A DNA stretch of 64,000 bases from positions 7,943 to 71,942 of the forward strand of contig JADYYK010000245.1 in the NCBI GenBank assembly GCA_020853705.1, read 5' to 3'. Origin of the DNA: Deltaproteobacteria bacterium (GTDB lineage: Bacteria > Myxococcota_A > Polyangia > Haliangiales > JADYYK01). Shown in pieces: positions 34,517 through 43,747 of this stretch. The notes under the pieces are model-generated. The model saw only the letters and a list, made by a program, of their open reading frames with translations. It made no database searches and was not told the DNA's origin. A program made the position numbers and the translations under genes. Position 1 is the stretch's first letter, and each line of letters opens with the position of its first letter.

Positions 34517-35539
34517 CTAGCTCGCCTTGTCGAGTTCGGCCTCGAACTCATACTGACGTGCAAACTGCTCAGAGATCGGGTTGGCCGCGAGTTCCTCCAG
34601 CGTCCCTCCCTGTTCGACCTTGACCGGGTCCTTCCGTTGGGGTCTGAAGAAGCCAAAGAACTGAGTCGCAGGCCACCCCTTCTTCGCAGTGCTCGCTGAC
34701 AAGCGCCTCGCGAGGAGGAAGTCGTGGGTGGTGACGAATACCTGCACGCCTTGCTTCGCCAGGAGGCCGAGCAAGTCGGCCACAACGACGGTCAGTCGCG
34801 GATTCAGGTTCGCTTCAGGCTCGTCCCAGAACAGGAAGCCGTTCGTCGTCAGCATTCCGTTGAGAACGAGGCGCTCGAGGCTTGCGATCTTCCTCAATCC
34901 CTCCGCCACCAGGTGCGCCTCCATCAGGGCCCTGTCGCCGGAGAACTTCACATAGAAGCGGTCGCCATGGAGCTCTGAGTGGCCGCCCAATGCCTCGCGC
35001 AGGGTCGAGACGATCTCATCGGCGGCTTGCTTGCGAACCCCTCGCGCGGGATTGGCGTTCAGAGCCACGCAGGCGTCATAGTAGGTTTCGTCGAAGGACA
35101 ACTCGCGCTCGGTATATGCGTGGATGAAGCCCTCATAGAGGGCCAGGATCTCGCGGCTGGGCAGAAAGACAGATCGTTCGCCTTCAGCCCACCCGTGGAA
35201 CTTCGGCCCCCCAAGCTTGCTCTTGTGCAGGGTGAACTCTTGCCGGCCGCCACCTATATCAGAGGTCAGCTTCACGATCGCAGTCGCGAGACCTTGTCGC
35301 CGCCTGACCAAGCGGCCAACTTGGCCTCCATCTGGCCGAAAGACCCCAGCCAACTTCGCCGCGAGCACTCGAGCGTCGCCACCCTTGCGCGCGCTCTCGA
35401 GCATCGCGTAGATGAGCTTGAGGACGTGGGTCTTGCCCGTCCCATTCTCACCAATGAAGACGTTGATGCCCGAGGTGAATGTCAACTTCGCCTCCTCGAA
35501 GGCACTGAACTCGCGGACCTGGATGCTGTTTACGGCCAC
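34517..35539 (-). CDS. ABC/SMC-type AAA ATPase (AAA_15/AAA_21-like, OLD/PARIS/Septu-like ATPase fold)
   Basis: 340 aa. The N-terminus VNSIQVREFSAFEEAKLTFTSGINVFIGENGTGKTHVLKLIY is the RecF/SMC-like arrangement with Walker A GENGTGKT. Walker B with D-loop is FLFWDEPEANLNP. The H-loop is FVTTHDFLL. Local GC is clearly below the roughly 72% of the flanks. Confidence 0.7.
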   Translation of the reverse strand: MAVNSIQVREFSAFEEAKLTFTSGINVFIGENGTGKTHVLKLIYAMLESARKGGDARVLAAKLAGVFRPDGGQVGRLVRRRQGLATAIVKLTSDIGGGRQEFTLHKSKLGGPKFHGWAEGERSVFLPSREILALYEGFIHAYTERELSFDETYYDACVALNANPARGVRKQAADEIVSTLREALGGHSELHGDRFYVKFSGDRALMEAHLVAEGLRKIASLERLVLNGMLTTNGFLFWDEPEANLNPRLTVVVADLLGLLAKQGVQVFVTTHDFLLARRLSASTAKKGWPATQFFGFFRPQRKDPVKVEQGGTLEELAANPISEQFARQYEFEAELDKAS

Positions 35540-35626
35540 GACCCGAGGAAAACATGCGGGCCGAATCAGGGCAACATCAGTTCGACGGATGGTCCTTTGG
35601 GTCGCGGCGGTCCCCGGGGCGTACGG

Positions 35627-36901
35627 TCAGTAGCTGTCGAACCTCTGGATCTCGATCTTCCCAGCCGTCTTCGGCAGCCGTTTCGCGATCGTCCTGGTCG
35701 CCACCAGCGTGGTCAGCAGCTGGCCGGGGTCGAGGTGTCGCTTCATGGCGCGCCGGATGTCGGCGGGGCGCACTGCACGCACGCGCTTGCGGTAGGTCTG
35801 GATGTAGTCATCCGGCAGCCCCGCCAGCAACGTCGACAGCCGGACGTGCAGCCGGCGCTCCGGGGTGTCGATCTCGAACGCGAAGCCACGCTCCAGATAC
35901 CTCTGCGCGAACGCCACCTCGTCGTCGCTCAGCCCACCGTCACACAGCTCGGCGAACATCCGGTGCACCAGCGCGATGGTGTCGGGCGTCTGCTCGGCGC
36001 TGGGGAACACGTGCATCGAGAACGCGCCCGCGCGCCCCCGCGACAGATAGGCCCGGGCGCCATAGGACCAGCCGCGCTTGACGCGCACCTCGGTCATCAG
36101 GCGCGCCGTGAAGGTGCCCCCGAAGGCCGTCATCGCGACCTCCAGCGGCAGGAAGTCGGGCGTCTTCCACAGCGGGCCCGGGTGCCCCATCAGGATCTGC
36201 GACTGTGTGCGCGCCGGCTTGTCGACCAGGACCAGCCGCCGGCGCCCGTGCGTCGCGCCAGCCATGCCCGCCGGCCGCGCCAGCCGTGCCCGCGGCGCGG
36301 CCCGCGTCGGCAGCCGGGCCAGCAGCGGCTCGGCCAGCCGCTCGGCGCGCTTGCCGACCGCGCCGGCGAAGCCGACCACCAGGTTGTCCGCCACCACCCA
36401 GCGCTTCACCCAGCCCTGCACGTCGGCCAGCGTGAGCGCCCCCAGCGAGGTCCGGGTGCCCCCCGCGGGCCGTCCGTACGGGTGGTCGCCCCACAGCGCG
36501 CGATCATGAAAGCGCCGCACCAGCGCGCGGTCGTCATCGCGCAGCTCGTCGAGCGCGCCGCGCGCCTCGCGCAGGAGCTCGCGCAGCTCGCGCGGGTCCA
36601 GCGCCGGGGCCGCCAGCACGTCGCCGAGCAGCGCCAGGTACGCGCCCAGATGCTGCTCGAGCACCATGCCGCCCATCGACACGTGATCGTGGTCGACGTC
36701 GATCTCGAAGCTGGCGCCCAGGGCGTCGAACGCCGCGTCCAGCTCGGCCCGCGTGCGCCCGCCGGCGCCGCGCCGCATCAGCTCGGCGGCCACCTGGCCA
36801 AGGCCGAGCTTGTCCGCGGGATCGTGCGCCGCGCCGCCCTCCAGCACCAGCTGCACGCTGCACAGCGGCAGCGCGCTCGACGGCTCGATCAGCACCCTCA
36901 C
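35627..36901 (-). CDS. M16-family peptidase, second subunit (lacks the HxxEH motif; likely non-catalytic partner)
   Basis: Its GTG start overlaps the upstream TGA (GTGA). The 424 aa show the M16 C-terminal-half fold pattern (GGTFTARLMTEVRVKRGWSYGARAYL). No zinc-binding HxxEH motif is present. Confidence 0.65.
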   Translation of the reverse strand: MRVLIEPSSALPLCSVQLVLEGGAAHDPADKLGLGQVAAELMRRGAGGRTRAELDAAFDALGASFEIDVDHDHVSMGGMVLEQHLGAYLALLGDVLAAPALDPRELRELLREARGALDELRDDDRALVRRFHDRALWGDHPYGRPAGGTRTSLGALTLADVQGWVKRWVVADNLVVGFAGAVGKRAERLAEPLLARLPTRAAPRARLARPAGMAGATHGRRRLVLVDKPARTQSQILMGHPGPLWKTPDFLPLEVAMTAFGGTFTARLMTEVRVKRGWSYGARAYLSRGRAGAFSMHVFPSAEQTPDTIALVHRMFAELCDGGLSDDEVAFAQRYLERGFAFEIDTPERRLHVRLSTLLAGLPDDYIQTYRKRVRAVRPADIRRAMKRHLDPGQLLTTLVATRTIAKRLPKTAGKIEIQRFDSY

Positions 36902-38220
36902 GAGCGACCTCCCACCCGCCGCGCCGGGCTGGCCACCACCACATTGCGCGCCTCGGGGCGCAGCCAGCGCCGCACCGCGGCCTGCACCGCGCGCGCTCCG
37001 GTGGTCAGCGTGGCCTGGCGCAGCCCGGCCAGCGCACGGAAGTCGCCCAGCACGGTCTCGTACATGCCCAGCACCTCGGCCTTGCCGTCCGCGGTGCTCA
37101 GGCTGGACCACAGCTGGGTCTCGGCCCGCGCGCGCGCCTTGCCGAGCTCCGCCGGCGTGATCGGTTCGCGCGCCATGCGCTCGAGCTCGTCCTCCACGGC
37201 GCGCTCGGCCTCCGCGGCGCTGTGGCCGCGCTCCAGGGTGACGTGGATCTGGTACAGACCGGTGCCCGCGAACGGCGTCAGGCTGGCGCCCACGTCGGTG
37301 GCGATGGCGTCCTTGACCACCAGGCGCCGGTGCAGGCGCGACGACGGTCCGCCGGCCAGCACGTCGTCGCAAAGCTGCATCGGCACGTGCTCGCGGTGGC
37401 CCAGCGCGGGCGCATGCCAGGCCATCACCACGCGGTCGGCGGGCACCTCGCGGCGGATGCGCGCGCGCCGCGGCGCGGTCTGCCTCGGCTCGCGCAGGGT
37501 GGGCTCGCGCGGCAGCTCGGCGGCGCCGAGGTCGCCATAGCGCTCGGCGATCAGCGCCAGCGCGTCGCGCTCGCGGAAGTCGCCGACCAGGATGACGGTG
37601 GCGTTGTTGGGGGCGTAGAAGGTCCGGTAGAACGCGCGCGCGTCCTCGGTGGTGATGGCCATGATGTCGCGCATCCAGCCGATGGTGGGCCAGCGGTACG
37701 GGCTCCTGGCGAAGGCCAGCGCATAGGAGCGCTCGTCCAGCGTGCCCAGCACGTCGTCGTCCACTCGAAACCGGCGCTCGTTGGCCACCACCTCGCGCTC
37801 GCTCTCGACTTGACGGTCCGTCAAGGTCAAGTGGCCCATCCGATCGGCCTCCAGGCGCACCACCAGGGGCAGCTCGGCGGCGGGCACGCTGTCCCGGTAG
37901 TAGGTCCAGTCGGTCCAGGTCGCGGCGTTGGTGTCGCCGCCGGCGCTCTCGATCAAGCGGTCCAGCTCGCCCGCGGCCAGGTGCTCGGTCTGGTTGAACA
38001 TCAGGTGCTCGAACAAGTGGGCGATCCCGGTGATGCCGGGGCGCTCGTGGCGCGAGCCGACGCGGAACCAGGTCTGGTAGGCCAGCACCGGCGCCACGGT
38101 GTCGCGCAGCATCAGCACGGTGAGGCCGTTTTGGCGCATGCGAAAGCGTCGCACCCGCGCCTGCCCGCGCCGCTCCACCCCCGCCAGCGGCGCCTCATCG
38201 ACCAGTTCCAGCTTCGCCAT
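36898..38220 (-). CDS. M16-family zinc peptidase (insulinase/pitrilysin-like), catalytic subunit
   Basis: The 440 aa contain the inverted zinc-binding motif HLFEHLMF (HxxEH) and a downstream Glu (ESEREVVANE). Confidence 0.8.
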   Translation of the reverse strand: MAKLELVDEAPLAGVERRGQARVRRFRMRQNGLTVLMLRDTVAPVLAYQTWFRVGSRHERPGITGIAHLFEHLMFNQTEHLAAGELDRLIESAGGDTNAATWTDWTYYRDSVPAAELPLVVRLEADRMGHLTLTDRQVESEREVVANERRFRVDDDVLGTLDERSYALAFARSPYRWPTIGWMRDIMAITTEDARAFYRTFYAPNNATVILVGDFRERDALALIAERYGDLGAAELPREPTLREPRQTAPRRARIRREVPADRVVMAWHAPALGHREHVPMQLCDDVLAGGPSSRLHRRLVVKDAIATDVGASLTPFAGTGLYQIHVTLERGHSAAEAERAVEDELERMAREPITPAELGKARARAETQLWSSLSTADGKAEVLGMYETVLGDFRALAGLRQATLTTGARAVQAAVRRWLRPEARNVVVASPARRVGGRS

Positions 38221-38249
38221 CGTGCTCCTCGGGTCCCGGTGCTTCGAGG

Positions 38250-39707
38250 TCAAAAGCGGAAGCCGATCCCGAGCGACAGCTCGTGCGTCAGCCACGAATA
38301 TTCGCCCGCCGCGCTGGGCCGCCCGCGCCCCAGCCGCACGTCCTCGCACAGATCCAGATCGAACCCGCCGTCGACACAGCGCACCGTCGCCTGCGGATCG
38401 TCGACCCCCGGGGACACCTGGCGCGGCAGCCGCAGGATGAGGCCATAGCCCGCCGTGATCACGGCGCGCCCGGCCGATAGCTCGATCGATCCAGTGACCT
38501 CGCCGCGCGGCGCGTCGAGGGCTCCGGCGTTGACCGCCTGCTGGGGCACCGCCGAGGTCGCGACCCCGATCGACGCGCCATAGCGCAAGAGGTCCGACCA
38601 GCGGTGGTCGAGCACGACCTCGCCGGCATAGGCGTCCTGGAAGCCGCGGTGGCGCACGATCCGCTCGGGCACTCCGGCGGCGCGCAGCTCGACGCCGAAC
38701 AGGCGCAGATCCAGCTCGCGCGCGCGCTGCCAGCCGAACCAGGTCAGGTTGACGCCGAGGAAGGTGCACTCGTTGAGCTCGAAGCGCGCCCCCAGCATGA
38801 CGCGCTGCGGGCGATCGCTCTGGATGGCGGCCCGCCCCACCGCGACGGCGCCGCCCGGGCTGGTGACCCGCGCGCTGCCCTCGGTGGTCAGCCCGCCCGC
38901 CCCCAGCGGCGGCAGGTAGCTGAGGCCGAGCCAGATCCCGTCGCGCGGCGAGGCCAGCACGCCGCCGTTGAAGGTCAGCAGCTGCTCCGCGGTGTCGAGC
39001 TCGATGAGCTCGCCGGCGGCCGGGTTCTCGACCCCGCACGGCACACCGGCGCAGTCGCCCGCCAGCCCCGCGCTGCCGCGCTCCAGCGCGGTGTCGCGCA
39101 TGAAGCCGAGGTCGAAGCTGGTCAGCGCGTACGACAGCGCCAGCCCGGCGTGCAAGCGGTTCGTCACCTTGATGCCGACGCCGAGCGAGAAGTAGGTGTC
39201 GCGCACCGACTGCGACACCCGGTGGTAGCGCACCGCGCCGCCGGGGCCCTCGCCGGTGGCCGCGAAGCTGCCTTGCTCGGCGCCCGGGGTCGACACCGCC
39301 AGCGCGAAGGTCGCGCGCCCGAAGCCCGAGGTCAGCGCCGCGAAGCCCTCCAGCGCGGCGAACGAGATCGGCGTCGCCGCCGGGCGGAGCGAGCCCGCGG
39401 GATCGGGCTGACCGCTGGCGGGGTCGATGGGGTCGCGCGTGATCTCGCCGCGGTCGAGGCGGACCTGGCTGGCCACGAAGAGCTGGGTGTCGGGCAGCGG
39501 GGACAGCGCGGCCGGGTTGTAGAACACCGCGGTGGGGTGCACCGTGGCCGGCCCCAGGAAGGTCAGCCCGCCGACGTGCGGTGACAGCATGGGCTGCGCC
39601 GCGGCCGGCGTGGCCAGCACGGCGGACAGCGCCAGCATCGGCGCCACGAGGTGGCGGGCGAGGCGGCGAGCGAGGCGGGGACCGGGAGCGCGCACGGGGC
39701 GCTGCAT
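38250..39707 (-). CDS. outer-membrane beta-barrel protein (FadL/OmpP1-like transport-protein family candidate)
   Basis: Signal peptide ...LALSAVLATPAAAQP. Amphipathic beta-strands alternate throughout. The C-terminal signature ...LSLGIGFRF ends in Phe. Confidence 0.6.
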   Translation of the reverse strand: MQRPVRAPGPRLARRLARHLVAPMLALSAVLATPAAAQPMLSPHVGGLTFLGPATVHPTAVFYNPAALSPLPDTQLFVASQVRLDRGEITRDPIDPASGQPDPAGSLRPAATPISFAALEGFAALTSGFGRATFALAVSTPGAEQGSFAATGEGPGGAVRYHRVSQSVRDTYFSLGVGIKVTNRLHAGLALSYALTSFDLGFMRDTALERGSAGLAGDCAGVPCGVENPAAGELIELDTAEQLLTFNGGVLASPRDGIWLGLSYLPPLGAGGLTTEGSARVTSPGGAVAVGRAAIQSDRPQRVMLGARFELNECTFLGVNLTWFGWQRARELDLRLFGVELRAAGVPERIVRHRGFQDAYAGEVVLDHRWSDLLRYGASIGVATSAVPQQAVNAGALDAPRGEVTGSIELSAGRAVITAGYGLILRLPRQVSPGVDDPQATVRCVDGGFDLDLCEDVRLGRGRPSAAGEYSWLTHELSLGIGFRF

Positions 39708-39847
39708 GCTAGATCGGCGGGCCACCCACGGCTACCCGAAACCGGTTGCGGAAAGGATGCACGCGCGGCGCGGCCACATCGCGCAAACCGGCGTCGCCAC
39801 GGTGGAATCGCTTGACACCACCCGACCCGAGCGGCGATCTGTAGGGG

Positions 39848-41599
39848 ATGCCCCCGGCCTCGCCGCCGTCCCCTCCGGGACCCGGTGATCATGATCAGAC
39901 CTCGCCCCACCAGCGCACCCGACCGCGCAGTGGTCTGTCGCTTCCCGTCAAGCTGACGCTGGCGACCATGGCCGTGGTCGCGGCCGCGGTCGGGGCCGCC
40001 GCCTTCTTCAGCCTGCGCGCCATCAACGACCTGGCCTCGCGCGACGCCGCCGAGCGCCGCCGCGCCGGTGAGGCCGACATCCAGCGCGAATCCGAGGCCA
40101 TGGCCCGCGTCATCGCGTCGTCGGCCGGCCTGCCGCTGTCGCAGAACGCCTTCAAGTACATGGAAGGCCTGGTCGCCGAGACGGTGGCCGGCAACTCGCG
40201 CGTCAAGTGGATGCTGATCGCCGACGCCGAGAGCAACAAGATCCTGATCCGCTCCACCACGCCCGACACCCCCAGGGACGAGGTGCTGTCCGACAGCCTG
40301 CTGGCCGAGGTCGCCAAGGCCGGCGCCGACGACGTCAAGTCGGTGCGCGATCCCAGAGATCCCACCCGCATCACCTTCGGCGCCAAGCTGGAGGTCGTGG
40401 CCGAGGACACCGGCCAGCCGCTCACCGTCGGCCAGCTGCGCCTGGGCGTCTCCACCGCCGCGCTCGAGGCCGAGCTCAAGCAGGCCATCGCCAACGCCCG
40501 CGCGCGCGCCAACGCGGCGGCGCGCACGCTGGCGCTGATCGCGGCCGGCATCATCATGCTGGGCGCGCTGCTGGCGGTGTGGGAGGGCCGTCGCATCGCG
40601 CAGCCGGTCAAGGCGCTGAGCGAGCAAGCCGAGAAGATCGCCGGCGGCGACTTCCAGCAGCGCGTCAACATCGGGTCGCGCGACGAGATCGGGCGGCTGG
40701 CCGACAGCTTCAACTTCATGGCCGACCAGCTCGGCGTGCTGATGCGCGCCACCGCCGAGAAGGCGTCGCTCGACCGCGAGATGGCGCTCGCGCGCAACGT
40801 GCAGGAGGCCATGAACCCGCCGCCTGGCCTCATCACACACGGCGGCCTCAGCGTGGTCGGCCACTGCGAGTCGGCCAACTTCTGCGGCGGCGACTGGTGG
40901 ACGGTGCGCAAGCTGCCGCGCGATCGCGTGCTGGTGGTGGTCGGGGACGTCACCGGGCACGGTGTCTCGTCGGCCATGATCGCGGCCAGCGCGCGCGGCG
41001 CGGTCGAGGCGCTGTCGACGGTGAACGACGAGCTGCTCACGCCCGAGGAGGTGCTGCGCGCGATGGACGGCGCGGTGCGCGACCTCGGCAAGCAGAAGCT
41101 CTTGATGACCTGCTTCGCCGCGCTGATCGACTCTGCCCGCGGCGTCATCGAGTTCGCCAACGCCGGGCAGAACTTCCCCTACATCCTGCACGCTGGCCAG
41201 CGCGTGGGCCCCGAGGACGCCACCCCGGCGCTGACCGTGCTGACCGTGCGCGGCAACGTGCTGGGGGATCCGCAGCGCAGCCTGGTGCAGTCGGGCCGCC
41301 GCGATCTGGCCCCGGGCGACATCTTCGTGTGCTTCACCGACGGCGTGGTCGACCGCGTCAACGGCGAGGGCAAGCGCTTCGGCGACCGCCAGCTGCAGAA
41401 GCTGCTCAAGGGCACCGAGGTGCGCCGTGATCAGGAGCTGGTCGCGCTGCGCGACACCATCCTGCAGCAGCTGACGGCGTTCGCGGCCGGGACGCCCGCG
41501 GACGACGACGTCACCCTGGTGCTGGTGCAGTACAACCCGGCGGTCGCGCACCTGTCGCCCGAGGCGTCGTCGTCGCCGCGCCGTGCGGTGCTGCGATGA
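39848..41599 (+). CDS. membrane-bound HAMP-domain PP2C-family (SpoIIE/RsbU-like) serine/threonine phosphatase
   Basis: TM1 is LTLATMAVVAAAVGAAAFFSL, followed by a periplasmic-type sensor region and TM2 LALIAAGIIMLGALLAVW. A HAMP region comes next (IAQPVKALSEQAEKIAGGDFQQRVNIGSRDEIGRLADSFNFMADQL), then a PP2C domain (GGDWWTV...VVVGDVTGHGVSSAMIAA...FTDGVVD). The start is uncertain, with a possible internal M at 39968. Confidence 0.75.
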   Translation: MPPASPPSPPGPGDHDQTSPHQRTRPRSGLSLPVKLTLATMAVVAAAVGAAAFFSLRAINDLASRDAAERRRAGEADIQRESEAMARVIASSAGLPLSQNAFKYMEGLVAETVAGNSRVKWMLIADAESNKILIRSTTPDTPRDEVLSDSLLAEVAKAGADDVKSVRDPRDPTRITFGAKLEVVAEDTGQPLTVGQLRLGVSTAALEAELKQAIANARARANAAARTLALIAAGIIMLGALLAVWEGRRIAQPVKALSEQAEKIAGGDFQQRVNIGSRDEIGRLADSFNFMADQLGVLMRATAEKASLDREMALARNVQEAMNPPPGLITHGGLSVVGHCESANFCGGDWWTVRKLPRDRVLVVVGDVTGHGVSSAMIAASARGAVEALSTVNDELLTPEEVLRAMDGAVRDLGKQKLLMTCFAALIDSARGVIEFANAGQNFPYILHAGQRVGPEDATPALTVLTVRGNVLGDPQRSLVQSGRRDLAPGDIFVCFTDGVVDRVNGEGKRFGDRQLQKLLKGTEVRRDQELVALRDTILQQLTAFAAGTPADDDVTLVLVQYNPAVAHLSPEASSSPRRAVLR

Positions 41600-43734
41600 G
41601 GACGTCCGCGCTGTGCGCCGCGCTGCTGGCGCTGGCGCTGGCGCCGGAGCTGGCGCGGGCCGACGACGCGGGCGCCGACGCTGACGCCGCTGCTGGCAGC
41701 GGTGCGGCGCCCTACATCGACTTCCGCGACCTGCCCGAGCTGCCCACCGTGGTCTTCGAGGACGCCGCCGCGCGCGTCGCCGTGGTCGCGGCGCGGCGCG
41801 CCGAGGAGGACATCGTCGTCGGCGCCGCCAAGCGCGAGCAGTCGCTGGGCAACGTCGCCTCGGCGGTCACCGTCATCTCGTCCGACCGGCTGCGCCGCTT
41901 TGGCTACCGCACCGTGTCGGAGGCGCTGCGCGCGGTCGCCGGCCTGTTCGTGGTCGACGACCGGCAGACCCCACGCCTGGGCATCCGGGGCGTGCAGATC
42001 CTCGGCGACTTCAACACCCGCATCCTGGTCCTGGTCGACGGCGCCACCGTCAACGAGCCGTGGAACCAGTTCGTCGGCATCAGCCACGATCTGCCCATCT
42101 CGATCGACGAGGTCGCGCGCCTCGAGATCATCCGCGGCCCGGTGTCGTCGGTGTACGGCACCAACGCCTTCTTCGGCATCATCAACATCATCACGCGCAG
42201 CGCCGACACCGGCGCACGCGCCTGGGGTCGCGCCAGCGGCAGCTCGTTCAAGGGCGGCGGGATCGCGGCCGGCTTCGCCACTGGCAACGTCAACCGGCAG
42301 GTGCGCGGCAGCGTGTCGGGTACCAACCGCGGCGGCGAGACCATCGACGTGGGTGGCTTCGAGCAGTCGGGCAACGACGCCCAGACCAGCTCCGATGGCA
42401 TGGTCGCCTACGCTGGCGCGGTGACCGCGCAGTGGGGCGGCCTGTTCGCCCAGGTGCGCGCCTACCAGCGCCAGCGCGAGCTGCCCGGCGCGCCCTTCGA
42501 GGTCAACACCGGCGACGACCGCAACCGCAACACCGACCGCCAGGTCCTGATCGAGGCCGGCTACACCCGCGCCTTCGGCAAGAAGACCACGGCGACGGTG
42601 CGCGCCTACTTCAGCCGCTACCAGTTCAAGGACTTCCTGGTCTACGAGGACGCCGCCGATCCCACCCTGCTCAACCACCAGGACATCGGCAACTCGACCT
42701 GGTTCGGCGCCGAGGCGCGTGGACGCTTCGAGGTGCTGGAGAAGAATCGCCTCGGCATCACACTGGGCGGTGAGATCACGCGTGACATGGTGACCTCGGA
42801 GGCCTTCGACGACGGCGGCGATCCGGCTGACACCATCGACATCCCGACCGACTTCACGGTCGCCGGCGTGTACACCGAGGCCGACTCGACCTTGACCAAG
42901 TGGTTGTCGCTGACCGGTGGCCTGCGCTTCGACAACAACACCGCGTTCCAGAGCGCGCTCAGCCCGCGCGCCGCGCTGTTCATCCACCCGCGCCCCAAGC
43001 AGGACGACGTGGGGGTCAAGCTGCTGTACGCGCGCGGCTTCCGGAACCCCAGCCCGTACGAGGCCTTCTTCGAGGACGGCCGCGACCTGGTGGCCAACGA
43101 CGCCCTCAAGCCGGAGAAGATCGACAGCTTCGAGGCCGTGCTGTGGGGCCGCCCGCGGCCCGGCCTGTCGCTGCGCCTGTCGGGCTATCACTGGCGCCTC
43201 AAGGACCTCATCGAGTCGGTCGATGTCGACGTCAACCCCGACCCCGCCATCGAGGAGCTGCGCCTGCAGTCGCAGAACATCGCCGCGCTACAGACCACCG
43301 GGGCCGAGGTCGAGGCCTTCTATCGCAACACCCGCGGCTGGGTCGGCTTCGCGCAGGCCACCTACGCCTACGTGCACCGCGAGGGCGACAGCGGCCAGGC
43401 CGTCAACGCGCCCGAGGTCAGCGCCGGCGGCGGGCTGTCGTCACCGGCGTTCCGCGGCGTCCACCTGTCGACCGAGGTCGTGTTCCTGACCGGGCGGCGC
43501 ACCCGCGAGGACACCAAGACCGATCCCTGGCTGGGCTGGAACACCACCCTGTACATGCCGCGCTGGCGCGGCCTCGACGCCACCATCGGGGTCAAGAACA
43601 TGCTGGCGCTGCGCGAGCAGGTGCCCACGCAAGACGACTATGATCGCACCGACGCGGCAGGCAATCCGGTCTCGGTGCCGACGCTGCCGGGAGAGGGCTT
43701 CGAGGCCTATGCGCGCGTGGGGTATTCCTATTAG
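41596..43734 (+). CDS. TonB-dependent outer-membrane receptor
   Basis: Its ATG overlaps the upstream TGA (ATGA). Signal peptide MRTSALCAALLALALAPELARA. The plug domain reads IVVGAAKREQSLGNVASAVTVISSDRL...RTVSEALRAVAGLFV. A 22-strand-type barrel follows, with the C-terminal aromatic ...YARVGYSY. Confidence 0.85.
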   Translation: MRTSALCAALLALALAPELARADDAGADADAAAGSGAAPYIDFRDLPELPTVVFEDAAARVAVVAARRAEEDIVVGAAKREQSLGNVASAVTVISSDRLRRFGYRTVSEALRAVAGLFVVDDRQTPRLGIRGVQILGDFNTRILVLVDGATVNEPWNQFVGISHDLPISIDEVARLEIIRGPVSSVYGTNAFFGIINIITRSADTGARAWGRASGSSFKGGGIAAGFATGNVNRQVRGSVSGTNRGGETIDVGGFEQSGNDAQTSSDGMVAYAGAVTAQWGGLFAQVRAYQRQRELPGAPFEVNTGDDRNRNTDRQVLIEAGYTRAFGKKTTATVRAYFSRYQFKDFLVYEDAADPTLLNHQDIGNSTWFGAEARGRFEVLEKNRLGITLGGEITRDMVTSEAFDDGGDPADTIDIPTDFTVAGVYTEADSTLTKWLSLTGGLRFDNNTAFQSALSPRAALFIHPRPKQDDVGVKLLYARGFRNPSPYEAFFEDGRDLVANDALKPEKIDSFEAVLWGRPRPGLSLRLSGYHWRLKDLIESVDVDVNPDPAIEELRLQSQNIAALQTTGAEVEAFYRNTRGWVGFAQATYAYVHREGDSGQAVNAPEVSAGGGLSSPAFRGVHLSTEVVFLTGRRTREDTKTDPWLGWNTTLYMPRWRGLDATIGVKNMLALREQVPTQDDYDRTDAAGNPVSVPTLPGEGFEAYARVGYSY

Positions 43735-43747
43735 GGCCGCCAGGGCC

